From Octopus vulgaris (Eukaryota), in NCBI GenBank assembly GCA_951406725.2, contig OX597815.1, positions 188,728,001 through 188,792,000 of the forward strand: DNA of 64,000 nucleotides, in the 5' to 3' direction. Positions 25,369 to 38,038 of the stretch are shown here, piece after piece. The position numbers were made by a program, and so were the translations under genes. Every line of letters begins with the position of its first letter. Position 1 is the first letter of the stretch. The notes below the pieces were generated by a model. That model did not search any database. It was not told where the DNA came from and saw only the letters and a program-made list of their open reading frames with translations.

Positions 25369-25784
25369 ACTCTTTTCTCTTTACTCTTTTACTTGTTTCA
25401 GTCATTTGACTGCGGCCATGCTGGAGCACCGCCTTTAGTCGAGCAAATCGACCCCGGGACTTATTCTTTGTAAGCCCAGTACTTATTCTATCGGTCTCTT
25501 TTGCCGAACCGCTAAGTGACGGGGACGTAAACACACCAGCATCGGTTGTCAAGGAATGCTAGGGGGACAAACACAGACACACAAACATATACACACACAC
25601 TTATATATATATACATATATACGACAGGCTTCTTTCAGTTTCCGTCTACCAAATCCACTCACAAGGCATTGGTCGGCCCGGGGCTATAGCAGAAGACACT
25701 TGCCCAAGATGCTACGCAGTGGGACTGAACCCGGAACCATGTGGTTGGTTAGCAAGCTACTTACCACACAGCCACTCCTGCGCC
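25369..25784 (-). mobile_element. SINE family A
   Basis: Family match, full length. Confidence 0.92.
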
Positions 25785-27388
25785 TATATATATATATATA
25801 TATATCAAACCACTTCCTCCTTCCTTTTATTATCATTATATTCACTCATTCTTTCAGTTATTTTTGTACAGATTTTTCCTCTTTCATTTATTTATCCTGC
25901 TTACCATATAATTCCTTCATCCCCCCCCCCCGTCTTTCCTTAAATTTTTCTCCTTTTTCTTCTTCACTCCTCTGTTGTGCATTTTATTTCCTCTTTTTAT
26001 CTTTCTGTCTATACAATATCTTCCTGTCTCTAATTACTTCTATGCCTTCTCAGCCCTTCTTCCTTGCACTCAAGTTTCTATTTTCTCTCTCTCTTTCTCT
26101 CCCTTCCCCCTCACTCCCTTTCCCTCCACTTCTCCCTTCCACTCTCCCTCCCTATCTATTTTCCTTCTCTTTACTCTGACTTTTACACTTCCTTCCCCCT
26201 TCCTGTTATCTCTGACAGTTATTTTGTTTATCTAAGTCCCTATCTCTCTCTCTCTCTCTCTCAATCTTTCTCTCTCTCTCTCTCACTTTTTCTCTCTCTC
26301 TCCCATTGCCTCTGTATTTTTCTATTCTGCTTACTTGCCTTTCTATTGCTTCACACAATGTTATATATTCTCTCAAATATATTTCCTTTCTCTTATCTTT
26401 TCCTTTCTAAATTTCTTTCACTCCTTCCTTGATCTTAAAATAATTTCTTTCATACATTACTAAACACAATGATGCCTACAATTTCTTTATCTCAATGTCT
26501 CCTACCTACCTTCCTCTCCTACAATTTTCTGGAGACAAGAAGCCTTTACACGGTCTCCTTCAGACTGCAAGAAGCAGCAGCCAAATGTCTCTCAATTCAC
26601 ACTAGATACTCATAGAAAAGAAACAATACACTAGAAAATATAAACTTAGATACATACAAAAATACAATCCCCTTGGCTGGAATGCTTTTGATTATAGGTC
26701 TGCTGGATCAGAGCTGACCTGGGGTTAAATAGTAACAACTGTCTTATCACAACATAATTATATTTATTTTCTTCTGCGTTATTTATCTTTCTTTTGTTTA
26801 CTGTTTGCACTTTCGTGAATTTCTGTTCTTTTCTCCTATCATATCTTTCTTAACTACTGGACTATCAGTTAAAAATTACATGAAAACAAATGTTATTAGA
26901 TGCATATACACCCACTTTTTCTTTCTGTATTTGTTTTTTTTTTTCCCTTTCTTTCATTCTTCTACTATTTTCGTGTATTTTTCTTTTTTTCTTTTTCGTC
27001 TTTTCTTCTCGCATGCACAGAAACCACATGCACACACATTAATGTATAAGTGCACATAAACACACACACACACACACTCACACATACACACGCAGATACA
27101 CATACCACTCCACACATTGAGAAATAGAAAGATATATAAATAAAAGAAAAAATTATTATATATATATATATATATATATATACATACATGAATACAGTGA
27201 GAGAGAGAGACAGAGAGACAGAGAGAAAGAGAAAGTGAGAGAGAGACATGCTTACATACACAATCATATATATATATATATATACATATTGCATATACAC
27301 ATATGCATTTACGTCAGTATATATGTAATATACATATGCATGGCTGGGTAAGTGTATATACATATATGCATATATATACATGTATATG

Positions 27389-27448
<60 letters not shown>

Positions 27449-27846
27449 TATATACATATGCACACACTTATATGTATATATAAATATATATGTATATGCA
27501 TATATATATGCATGTATGTGCATATGGATTACATATATGGAAGTATACACATGTGTACACACACACATGGCTGAATGCACACACACACACTTACAAGCAC
27601 ACATGCACATACAAGCAGGCTCATTGCAGGCAAACAGTTTATTCTTCCTGGACCACATTGCATAAAACATTTGGTCTGCTTCTTTCTTATATAATTGGAT
27701 ATACAAAGAGTCTTTCTGTTTAGATCACTGTATGAAACAAATATGTTTGTGTGAAAGGCTTTACTGAAGTCCCAAGTCAAAATCACATGAAGCATTTGGA
27801 GTGAAATATTTTTACTGTTCAGTATAAATATTCACAAATAACTTGA

Positions 27847-28220
27847 GGCATAGGAGTGGCTGTGTGGTAAGTAGCTTGCTTACCAACCACATTGTTCCGG
27901 GTTCAGTCCCACTGCATGGCACCTTGGGCAAGTGTCTTCTATAGCCTCGGGCCGACCAAAGCCTTGTGAGTGGATTGGGTAGACAGAAACTGAAAGAAGC
28001 CCATCGTATATATGTATATACATATATGTATGTTTGTGTGTCTGTGTTTGTCCCCCCTAACATCACTTGACAACTGATGCTGGTGTGTTTACGTCCCCGT
28101 AACTTAGTGGTTCGGCAAAATAGAATAAGTACTAGGCTTACAAAGAATAAGTCCTGCTCGACTAAAAAATGTGGTGCTCCAGCATGGCCTCACTCAAATG
28201 ACTGAAACAAGTAAAAGAAT
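27847..28220 (+). mobile_element. SINE family A
   Basis: Family match. Confidence 0.9.
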
Positions 28221-28223
28221 ATA

Positions 28224-28445
28224 AGGTGGTGAGCTGTCAGAACTGTTAGTATGCTGGACAAAATGCTTAGCTTTATTTTGCTCATTGCTGCGTTCTAAGT
28301 TCAAATTCCACTGAGGTTGACTTTGACTTTTATCCTTTAGGGGTCGATAACTTAAGTACTAGTGAAACACTGGGGTCAATGTAATTGTCAAGTCCTCTCC
28401 CCTAAAATTTCAGGCTTTGTACCTATAGTAGAAAGGATTATTATT
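28224..28445 (+). mobile_element. SINE family B variant
   Basis: ggtggtgagctgtcagaa..aagttcaaattcc.. with a different 3' tail. Confidence 0.75.
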
Positions 28446-28462
28446 ATACAATTAAATATAGG

Positions 28463-28770
28463 GTGGAAGCGCAATGGCCCTGTGGTTAGGGCAGCGGACT
28501 CGCGGTGGAGAATCACGGTTTCAATTCCCAGACCAGGCGTTGTGTGTGCTTATTGAGCGAAAACACCTAAAGCTCCACGAGGCTCTGGCAGGGGGTGGTG
28601 GGGTCCCCCGTTGTACTCTTTCACCCCAACTTTCTCTCACTCTTTCTTCCTGTTTCTTGAGTAACGCTGCAATGGACTGGCGTCCCATCCAGCTGGGGGG
28701 AACACATATGCCAAAGAAACCGGGAAACCAGGCCCACAAGCCTGGATAGGCTTGAAAAGGGCACATAAAA
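28463..28770 (+). mobile_element. SINE family C
   Basis: gtggaagcgcaatggccctgtggttagggcagcggacTCGcgg.. Confidence 0.85.
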
Positions 28771-29072
28771 AAGATAAATTAAATATAGGGTGGTAAGCTG
28801 GCAGAATTGTTAGCATGCTGGGAAAAATAGCATTTTGCCCAGCATGCTAACAGTTCTTTATGTTCTAAGTTCAAATTTTGCCTTTCACTCTTCCAGGATC
28901 AATAAAATAAGTACAAGTTGAGCCCTAGAGTTGATCTATCCTTTTTCAAAAATGACCAGCCATGTGTCAAAATTTGAAACCAATGTTATTATTAAACATT
29001 TAAGGACCTTATACTGACTTTAGTATAATGGCTGTTTTCTCCTTACACTTGTGTTAGAATTCATTTTTATTA

Positions 29073-29251
29073 TAAAAAGCACCCACTACACTCGCGGAGT
29101 GGTTGGCGTTAGGAAGGGCATCCAGCTGTAGAAACACTGCCAGATCAGACTGGAGCCTGGAGCAGCCCCTGGCTCTCCAGACCCCGGTCGAACTGTCCAA
29201 CCCGTGCTAGCGCAGAAAACGGATGTTAAACGATGATGATGATGATGATGA
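29073..29251 (+). mobile_element. RTE tail fragment
   Basis: aaaaagcacccactacactc..(GAT)n. Confidence 0.85.
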
Positions 29252-29473
29252 TATGAATATTGTTATTGTTTGCTATGAACAGAAAACTGTAAGCTGAGCT
29301 TCACATAAAAATTTTACATTTACTAAATAACAAAATGTTGAGTTTTTTTTTAACAAACGAATGGCTTTGGAATTTTGAAGCATCTGTCTCATTGTTATTT
29401 GAAAATCTATTGTGTTACATCTATTTTATTTTTGTAAATGTCCATTTGTTTTTTTTTTGTTTTTATTTTTTAG

Positions 29474-29561
29474 TGGTTCAGCATGGTCAACTTCGTACTA
29501 GTGAGTGGGAGGTGCTAGCCACAATGGAGATTGCAGCAAATATGCCCCTAAAATTTTTGAG
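29474..29561 (+). CDS. Candidate internal exon of an unidentified host gene
   Basis: Long T tract plus AG acceptor, open frame VQHGQLRTSEWEVLATMEIAANMPLKFL, GAG|gtcaga donor (alternative donor gtgagt at 29501); protein not recognised. Confidence 0.3.
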
Positions 29562-30409
29562 GTCAGACACAGATTAAAAGCCAAAAGACAAAAAAAAAAA
29601 TAATAATCAGTTAACAAACAGAAACAGTTGTAAACACAAACAGTCATGGTTTGAGATTTACAAGAGGAATTAATGTAGTATAAGTGCAAATTTAAATTAT
29701 AACAACCATATCAATGCTAACAGTAATGATAGCAATTTATCTTTTGCTAGAGTTGTGAACCAAAGAAAGAAACTCTGAATGGGTCAACTCTAGGTAAGTG
29801 AAAATGTGTGGAAGAGGTATGTCACAAAAAAGAGTACCTCTTTGCCTGAAAAAATTAGCAAAGAAAGAGTAATGTAAATCCCCCTGACTTTTGCAGCAAG
29901 CCAGCCAGATAGGAAGCTCAGGATAATATGAGTTCCACTGAGAGAGCAGGGAATATAAAAACATGAATTTAGTCTTTGTGATGGAAAACAAAACGAAGGG
30001 ACAGACAGAGTTTGCTAGAGAAGATGGAATATAAGAAATTTAATAAACAATAGAAGTAAATGGCAGGACAGGTCATGAAAATGGGGTATCGATCAGTCTT
30101 TTCTTGTAGAACAAAGAACACTGTTAAGGGTCGGGGTGGAGCATTTGCTCCTAGATTTCATGGCATTCTTAGGTCTTTGAAGATCTTTGATTGACCCTTG
30201 GTGGTTACCTTCCAATCGAAATACTTATTTTATCTTTTTATCATTTACTTGCTTCAGTCATTAGAATGTGGCCAATTTTTACATGAAATTTTGGCAAATC
30301 TGCATCTTAGAGCTTGAAATGCTTCAACTACACTCTAAGAGGCTTTTGATGAACATTCTTGAACATGGGATTTTGAGTTGCATGCACATTTCAAGATTGG
30401 CTGAATATC

Positions 30410-30952
30410 AAGCCAGCTCAGCCCAGCCCAATAGAGTGAATACAACCCAATGAAACTAGCCTAACCAAATTAGTCCAGTACAGACTAGCCAGCCTGTCCA
30501 GCATAACCAAGCCATTCCAGTTCAACTATACCAATCTAGACCAGTTTAACCAGCCTAGTCCAGCTCAGCCCAGCCCAACCCAACCCTGTCAGGCCAGGCC
30601 AACTCAGCCCAGCCAGGCTAGCTCAGACCAGCCTAGCCAGGCTAGCCCAGCTCAACCCAGCTCAGCCCAACCCAGCCAGGCCAGGCCAGCCCAGCCCAGT
30701 CAGGATAGCTCGGCCCAGCCCAGCCCAACCTAACACAGCCAGGCCAGGCCAGCTCAGCCCAGTGCAGCCAGGTTAGCCCAGCCCAGCTCAACCCAGCCAG
30801 GCCAGGCCAGCTCAGCCCAGCCGAACCAGGCTAGCCCAGCCCAGCCCAACCCAGCCAGGCCAGGCCAGGCCAGCTCAGACCAGTCAGGCTAGCTCAGCCC
30901 GGCCCAGCCCAGCCCAGTCCAGCCCAGCCCAACCAAGTGAAGCCCACTCAGC
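30410..30952. repeat. GC-skewed pentamer satellite (CCCAG/CTCAG/GCCAG/CCCAA)n
   Basis: Directly visible 5-bp periodicity with recurring higher-order blocks. Confidence 0.95.
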
Positions 30953-31369
30953 TTTAATTTTTGGTTCAGTTATACAAATATCTTTTTTCTCTCTTATCAT
31001 TAGCAAAATGCCAGGAAACAGAGGAAATTCCATGAATGCATCCATGTGGGCAACCAGAGATCAATCTATTTACTCTCTCCTGTTACTGGAAGCAATTAAG
31101 AAGTCTACCAGGAGATTCTCAGTGAAAACTTGAACATTCAATGTATGGCATCAAATTTTGTCCTGCTGCTCTTTAACATTCAATTAAAAGCAGTCGAATC
31201 TTGAAATGTGCATCATTAGTCTTCTTGCAGAGCTCAAGGCACATGGGAAGACGTTGCTTTTGAGTGAGCGCCAGGAGCTGAGGACAAACTTTGCACTTAT
31301 TTCCGTTGAACTGTTCAATATCACAGCATGCGAATTCATGAAGCTTTCTGATAACACCTCATACGTGCG

Positions 31370-31800
31370 CGCGTGTGTATGTGTGCTGTGCATGTGTGTT
31401 CACATGTGTGTACAAGTGTGTGTACATGTGTTGTATGTGTGTGTGTGAGTGTGTGTATGTATTTATGTGTGTACATATGATGTGTGTGTGTGTGTGTGCG
31501 TGCATGTGTATGTGTGTGTGTATGTGTGCTGTGCATGTGTGTTCACTTGTGTGTACAAGTGTGTGTACGTGTGTTGTATGTGTGTGTGTGTGTATGTATT
31601 TATGTGTGTACATATGATGTGTCTGTGTGTGTGTGCGTGCGTGCATGTGTGTGTATGTGTGTGCTGTGCATGTGTGTTCATTTGTGTGTACAACTGTGTG
31701 TACGTGTACTGTATGTGTGTGTGTGTGTATGTATATTTATGTGTGTACATATGATGAGTGTGTGTTCATGCACGTGTGTGTGTATGTGTGTGTGCTCACA
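31370..31800. repeat. TG-rich minisatellite, ~3 copies of a ~135-145 bp unit
   Basis: gtgtgctgtgcatgtgtgttca..gtgtacatatgatg repeated. Confidence 0.85.
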
Positions 31801-32049
31801 TATCTGCACATGCATGTCTGTTTACTATTATATGTCAATGCCGTGGCCTCTGATTTCTTAATTTTTGTTTCATTTGTACAAATATCCTTTTTCTCTCTTG
31901 GCATATGTTATGTTTTCCTGGCAAATATTGTTATCATCTCACTGAATAATATTGTTCATATATGCATACATACATATACACCCCAACCCCACAATACACA
32001 CACACGCACACACGCACACATACTTGTATGTTATACACATACACATTTA

Positions 32050-33224
32050 CAGGATGCGATGGGTAAATTGTCACCATTTTATATTTATAATTTCACGCAT
32101 GCATATTGCTTGTTTCACAATTTGTCAGCTACACAGTATAGTAGGGTCGTTTGGGCACTGTACATGAGAAAAACAGCAACATAATACAATTGGAAATGAC
32201 ATGTTGTACTGCTTGGCATTCATCTGAGGACAGAGCAGAGGATTCGGAAAGAGTTGGATGAGTCTAATGGTGATTACAAAAGTATGGCAGCTCGGAAAAC
32301 TCACTCTCATCAGTCTAATAAGAGAAGAACTCCTGAATTTGTTGGTGAGATCCAAGTCAATCAAGTCCATCCCTAGGGACATAGGAGTGTCTGAGTTTCT
32401 TATCAGGCAGGTAGTGCAGGAAAACATTCAGTATTCCTCACACAAGATGAGGAAGGGCCAGTTTTTATCCCAAGCCATCAAGGACAAGAGGAAAGACCAA
32501 GCTTTTGAACAAACCCAAGCATCCCTTCCAACCGAACATGCTTTGGTTTTTCTCAGATGAGAAAAATTTCTGCCAGGATCAGATGGGGAACACACAGAAC
32601 AACTGTTGGCTTGCCATGTCCCCAAAACATGTAGCAAGAGTGATAAAAATCAAACATCCAGTCAACATCATGGTGTTTGGAGTGATCACTTGAGATAGTG
32701 ATGTTATGCCTTCATTCATCTTCCCACAACGCCTTACTCAACACGGTGGCCTACATCAAGTGCCTGGAGGAGGTATTGCTGCCTTGGGTCAAGATGGTGG
32801 CTGCTGGAAGACCCCATATCTGGCAACAGGACTCTGCATCATGCTGAACAAGCAGTAGAACCCAGACATGGCTGTCAGACAATTTCTGAAACCACATCAC
32901 CCCTAACATCTGGCCACCTAACTCCCCAGACTGCAAACCCCTTGATTATTATGTGTGGGGGCAGTTGATCGAGAGACTAACAAAACTCCTTGTAACACCA
33001 AAGATGACCTGAAGGCAACGATTATGGCAGCATTGACCAACTTAAACAAGGAAACTATCCAGAAGAGTTGCAGAAGATTCCAAAGTCATCTGGAGGCCAT
33101 GGTTGAAGAATAATGGTGATTTTATGGAATAAATTTACTCGTTAGTATTTCAAGATATTCTCATGTAATTTTGGTAAATATATCTGTTAAAATGAGATGT
33201 CAGTGTTATTTTCCTTTTTATGTA

Positions 33225-33227
<3 letters not shown>
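32050..33227 (+). mobile_element. Decayed Tc1/mariner-superfamily transposon, DD37D (maT) type
   Basis: TA plus TIR caggatgcgatgggtaaattgtc; WFFSDEK..HPVNIMVFGVI and QQD-x37-D (WPPNSPDCKPLDYYVW) with stops and frameshifts; right TIR missing. Confidence 0.9.
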
Positions 33228-33265
<38 letters not shown>

Positions 33266-33671
33266 CTTTTTACTCTTTACTCTTTTACTTGTTTCAGTCA
33301 TTTGACTGCGGCCATGCTGGAGCACCGCCTTTTAGTCGAGCAACTCGACCCCAGGACTTATTCTTTGTAAGCCTAGTACTTATTCTATCGGTCTCTTTTT
33401 GCCGAACCGCTAAGTGACGGGGATGTAAACACACCAGCCTCGGTTGTCAAGCAATGCTAGGGGGACAAACACAGACACACAAACACATACACACACATAT
33501 ATATATACATATATACGACAGGCTTCTTTCAGTTTCCGTCTACCAAATCCACTCACAAGGCATTGGTCGGCTCGGGGCTATAGCAGAAGACACATGCCCA
33601 AGATGCCACGCAGTGGGACTGAACCTGGAACCATGTGGTTGGTTAGCAAGCTACTTACCACACAGCCACTC
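33266..33671 (-). mobile_element. SINE family A
   Basis: Family match. Confidence 0.9.
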
Positions 33672-33673
33672 TT

Positions 33674-34032
33674 TTTCATTTACTTGTTTCAGTCAATAGA
33701 CTACGACCATACTGGGGCACTGCCTTGAAGAATTCTAAATTGAATGAATTGACCCCCACCCCACCAGTGCTTATTATGTTTTTAAGCCTGGTACTTATTA
33801 TGTCAGTCTCTTTTGCTAAACTGTTAAGTTACAGGGACGCAAACACACCAACATCTGTTGTTAACCAGGACAAACACACACACACATATATCTACAATGG
33901 GCTTCTTTCAGTTTCCCTTTGCTAAATCCACTCACAGGACTTTGGTCAGCACAAAGCTATAGTACAAGACACTTGCCCGAGGTGCTTTGTAGTGGGATTG
34001 AACCTGGAACCAAGTGGTTCGGAAGCAAACTT
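33674..34032 (-). mobile_element. SINE family A, older diverged copy
   Basis: Degenerate family match. Confidence 0.8.
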
Positions 34033-34233
34033 CCTACCACAGAGGCATGCCATTAATTTTTTAAAATATTTTTTCCAACTTGAAATATTGCACCTTTGCA
34101 AATGGGATTAGAATTTCACATGAATACAATTTAAGTTACTTAATAAATTATTTTTGAAGATAGGTATAATTTTTATTTATAAGAATTTCAATTGAATTTG
34201 TTCCATTTTTTTCTACTGTGATTTTATCTTTTT

Positions 34234-34388
34234 TGGCTGTGTGGTAAGTAGCTTGCTTACCAACCACATAGTTCCGGGTTCATTCCCACTGTGTGGCACC
34301 TTAGGCAAATGTCTTCTACTATAGCCTCGGGCTGACCAAAGCCTTGTGAGTGGATTTTGTAGACAGAAACTGAAGGAAGCCCATCGTA

Positions 34389-34430
<42 letters not shown>

Positions 34431-34949
34431 CAAAATGGGACAAAAATGCAAAACATCCAAAGAAACGATACAAAAAATACAGACGGGTCATTCAAAGCTT
34501 CTAATCTTCAGTCAAGAACAGAATCATCCTTGCAATTTCGGCTGATTAATCTTGAGATTGCTCCGATCTGGCCAGCGTCAACGGAAAACTAAGCATTAGA
34601 TTTCTTGGAAAAAGGATCAAATGTATACGAAACAAGGACAGAAAAACGGATGATGTTACACAAATATAAATACAAAAGACAAAAAATAATACGAATATAA
34701 ATACAAAAAACAATAATATGTGTGTATGTATTTGTGTCTGTGTTTGTCCCCCCCCAACATCGCTTGACAACTGATGTTGGTGTGTTTACGTCCCCGTAAC
34801 TTAGCGGTTCGGCATAAGTGACCGATAAAATAAGTACTAGGCTTACAAAGAAAAAGTCCTGGGGTCGATTTGCTCGACTAAAGGCAGTGCTCCAGCATGG
34901 CCACAGTCAAATGACTGGAACAAGTAAAAGTGTAAAAGTGTAAAAGTGT
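34234..34949 (+). mobile_element. SINE family A with an insert (~34427-34716) in its central microsatellite
   Basis: Head and tail flank a segment homologous to 45813-46060. Confidence 0.88.
34496..34561 (-). ncRNA. Candidate non-circularly permuted hammerhead (family P2)
   Basis: Minus strand gcaa TC tcaaga ttaatc agcc GAAA ttgc [14 nt] tcttga CTGAAGA ttaga agct. Confidence 0.7.
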
Positions 34950-34983
34950 ATATAGTTATACACTCATTTTATTAAATGTCATA

Positions 34984-35148
34984 GGCGCTGGAGTGGCTGT
35001 GTGGTAAGTAGCTTGCTAACCAACCATATAGTTCCGGGTTCAGTCCCACTGCGTGGCATCTTGGGCAAGTGTCTTCTGCTATAGCCCCAGGCCGACCAAT
35101 GCCTTGTGAGTGGATTTGGTAGATGGAAACTGAAAGAAGCCTGTCGTA

Positions 35149-35195
<47 letters not shown>

Positions 35196-35411
35196 ATGTG
35201 TTTGTGTGTCTGTGTTTGTCTCCCTAGCATTGCTTGACAATTGATGCTGATGTGTTTACATCCCTGTCACTTAGCGGTTCGGCAAAAGAGACCGATAGAA
35301 TAAGTACTGGGCTTACAAAGAATAAGTCCCGTGGTCAATTTGCTCGACTAAAGGCAGTGCTCCAGCATGGCCACAGTCAAATGACTGGAAAAAGTAAAAG
35401 TGTAAAAGTGT
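34984..35411 (+). mobile_element. SINE family A
   Basis: Family match, tandem to the previous copy. Confidence 0.9.
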
Positions 35412-36152
35412 ATATAGTTATACACTCTTTTTATTAAATGTCATATGACTAAGTCAATGTAAATACACACACATACACAAAAAAAAAACAAATGTATGAA
35501 CTGATTATTTAGGAAAAGATCCCTGGGAAATCTAAGTGCTGGTTAGAATAGTAGTATATCAAGGCTGCACGATAAAACCTATGGTTGATAACAGAAAATG
35601 CAAATATTTCTGTTTCCCTAATGTGAACAAGCTGTCAGCAATGTCTGAATGACTTTATAGTTTGAGCTGAGGCTTTAAAGTATTCACGCATCAGTTGATA
35701 TTTGAAATTTATAGCAAATGCAATATGCATTTTATATGTAAGCTTGCCTGAAGTACTAATTTACCTTAATAAATATTTCCGAAAGGCAATATGCATGCGA
35801 AGCATTTCTGCTTTATTTCCTCTACTCAAATAGCATACTATGTAAATATTATGTATTACTATAATCATTAGCAAGGCTTGTTGTGTTTGTCAAAGACATA
35901 TTGGAATTTGAAACTGTTATTAATAAATAAAATAAATAAACAAACGTAAAAACAAAAAATATGTTATTGATATCTAAACTTTGGCAGAAAGCCACACATC
36001 TTTTGTGAAAGGGTTAACTGATTAATTTGACATCTGTATTTGAGGGTCACTTTTTTTATCCCCATCAGAAGGACAAAAGGCAAAGTAGATCATGTGGTGG
36101 TGGTGTTTTGAATTTGGAATATAATTGTCCATATGCCTGTAGGTACTGGAGT

Positions 36153-36385
36153 AGGTGGAGAGCTGGCAGAATCGTTAGCACACCGGGCGAGATGCTCAGC
36201 AGTATTTTGTCTGTCGCTACGTTCTGAGTTCAAATTCCGCCGAGGTTGACTTTGCCTATCAGCCTTTCGGGGTCGATTAAATACGTATCAGTTATGCACT
36301 GAGGTAGATGTAATCGACTTAATCCCTTTGTCTGTCCTTATTTGTCCCCTCTGTGTTTAGCCCCTTGTGGTTAGTAAAGAAATAG
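36153..36385 (+). mobile_element. SINE family B
   Basis: Family match; taggtactggagt is duplicated on both flanks. Confidence 0.88.
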
Positions 36386-36937
36386 GTACTGGAGTTGTTA
36401 TCTCTCAATGTGAAGGAGTAATGGCTTGACCTGGAACAATTATTTGATACTTGAGCCTACCAAGTAGCATTACTTCAGGAGAATTCTATTTTGGAAATTG
36501 CATTTGCATGTGGTTAGAATATCTGGGAAAAGACTCATAGGAACAGATTTTACAGGCAAAGCCAACCAACAGGAGATATAGGGGTTGATCTCAGATGAGA
36601 TGGTCGGATGATATCCATCACTTCAGTCGATTCTGCTTGGGAATCCAGGTGGAACATTTGTTGACAGTTACTTCTGAGAGGATCTCCAGGAAAATTTGCT
36701 TGATAACTTTGCTCCCAGAACCTTCTTGAAAATATGGAGTAATGAAGACGGATGAATGGATAGATGTAATGGTCTATGACTAAATATTGGTTTCAAATTT
36801 TGGCACAAGGCCAGCAATTTAAGGGAAGTGGGTAAGTCGATTACATCATCATCATCAACATCGTTTAACGTCCACTTTTCTTGCTAGGGGTTGGACGAAT
36901 TGACTGAGGTCTGGTGAACCAGATGGCTTGAGAACTG

Positions 36938-37110
36938 TTGCTGGTGTTTACATCCCTGTAACTTAGTGGTTCGGCAAAAGACACTGATAGAATAAGTACT
37001 AGGCTTCCGAAGAATAAGTCCTGGGGTCGATGTGCTCGACTAAAGGCGGTGCTCCAGCATGGCCACAGTCAAATGACTGAAGCAAGTAAAAGGGTAAAAG
37101 AGTAAAAGAG
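36938..37110 (+). mobile_element. SINE family A 3' half
   Basis: Family match. Confidence 0.85.
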
Positions 37111-37119
37111 TCTTGTAAA

Positions 37120-37332
37120 GGCAGTGAGCAAGCAGATTCCTTAGCAAATTGGATGAAATGCTTAGTGGTATTTCGCCCGTCGCTACGTCCTGAGTTCAAA
37201 TCCTGCCGAGGTTGATCTGCATTTTATCCTTTCAAGGCCAATAAAATATATACCAGTCAAATACTGGAGTCGTTGTAATCGACAGCCCTCCTCCCCCACA
37301 TTTCAGGCCTTCTGCTTTTAATAGAAAGGATC
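37120..37332 (+). mobile_element. SINE family B variant, diverged
   Basis: Homologous to 28224-28445. Confidence 0.7.
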
Positions 37333-37389
37333 ATGTTATCAGGCTTGAAGGACTGAAAACCAAATTTGATCACATCAGGACTTGGGAAG

Positions 37390-37767
37390 CACTCCATCGT
37401 TACGACGACGAGGGTTCCGGTTGATCTGAATCAACGGAACAGCCTGCTTGTGAAATTAACGTGTAAGTGGCTGAGCACTCCACAGACACGTGTACCCTTA
37501 ACGCAGTTCTCGGGGATTATCAGCGTGACACAGAGAGTGACAAGGCCGGCCCCTTGAAATACAGGTACAACAGAAACAGGAAGTAAGAGTGAGAGAAAGT
37601 TGTGGTGAAAGAGTACAGCAGGGATCACCACCACCCCCTGCCGGAGCCTCGTGGAGCTTTAGGTGTTTTCGCTCAATAAACACTCACAACGCCCGGTCTG
37701 GGAATCGAAACCGCGATCCTATGACCGCGAGTCCGCTGCCCTAACCACTGGGCCATTACGCCTCCAC
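37390..37767 (-). mobile_element. SINE family C long variant
   Basis: tRNA-Arg-like head; cacatcaggactt is duplicated on both flanks. Confidence 0.88.
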
Positions 37768-38038
37768 ACATCAGGACTTAATCTAAGACTAAAGAGAAAC
37801 TCGATTTTGCCATTCCATGGCACTAAATAATTACAATATTTTCTTTATTAGTGCCAACAAAGTATAATTAAAAAAATGCATAGAAATGAGCTATGAAGTA
37901 TGTGGATAAATGGAACAAAATTATAAGTAGGACATGACATAAACAATAAGGAGTTTATAATCTGCTGTAGCCACTACAAAAGTTTAAGTATGCCGATAAT
38001 GGACTGAAACCATATCCCTATCTATCTTGCTAGTCTAA

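Noticed and set aside
30410-30952. Repetitive P/A/Q/S-rich coding exon or true immunoglobulin switch region
   Set aside because: Stops interrupt the frames, no long ORF is in the track, and there is no immunoglobulin context; kept only as a satellite
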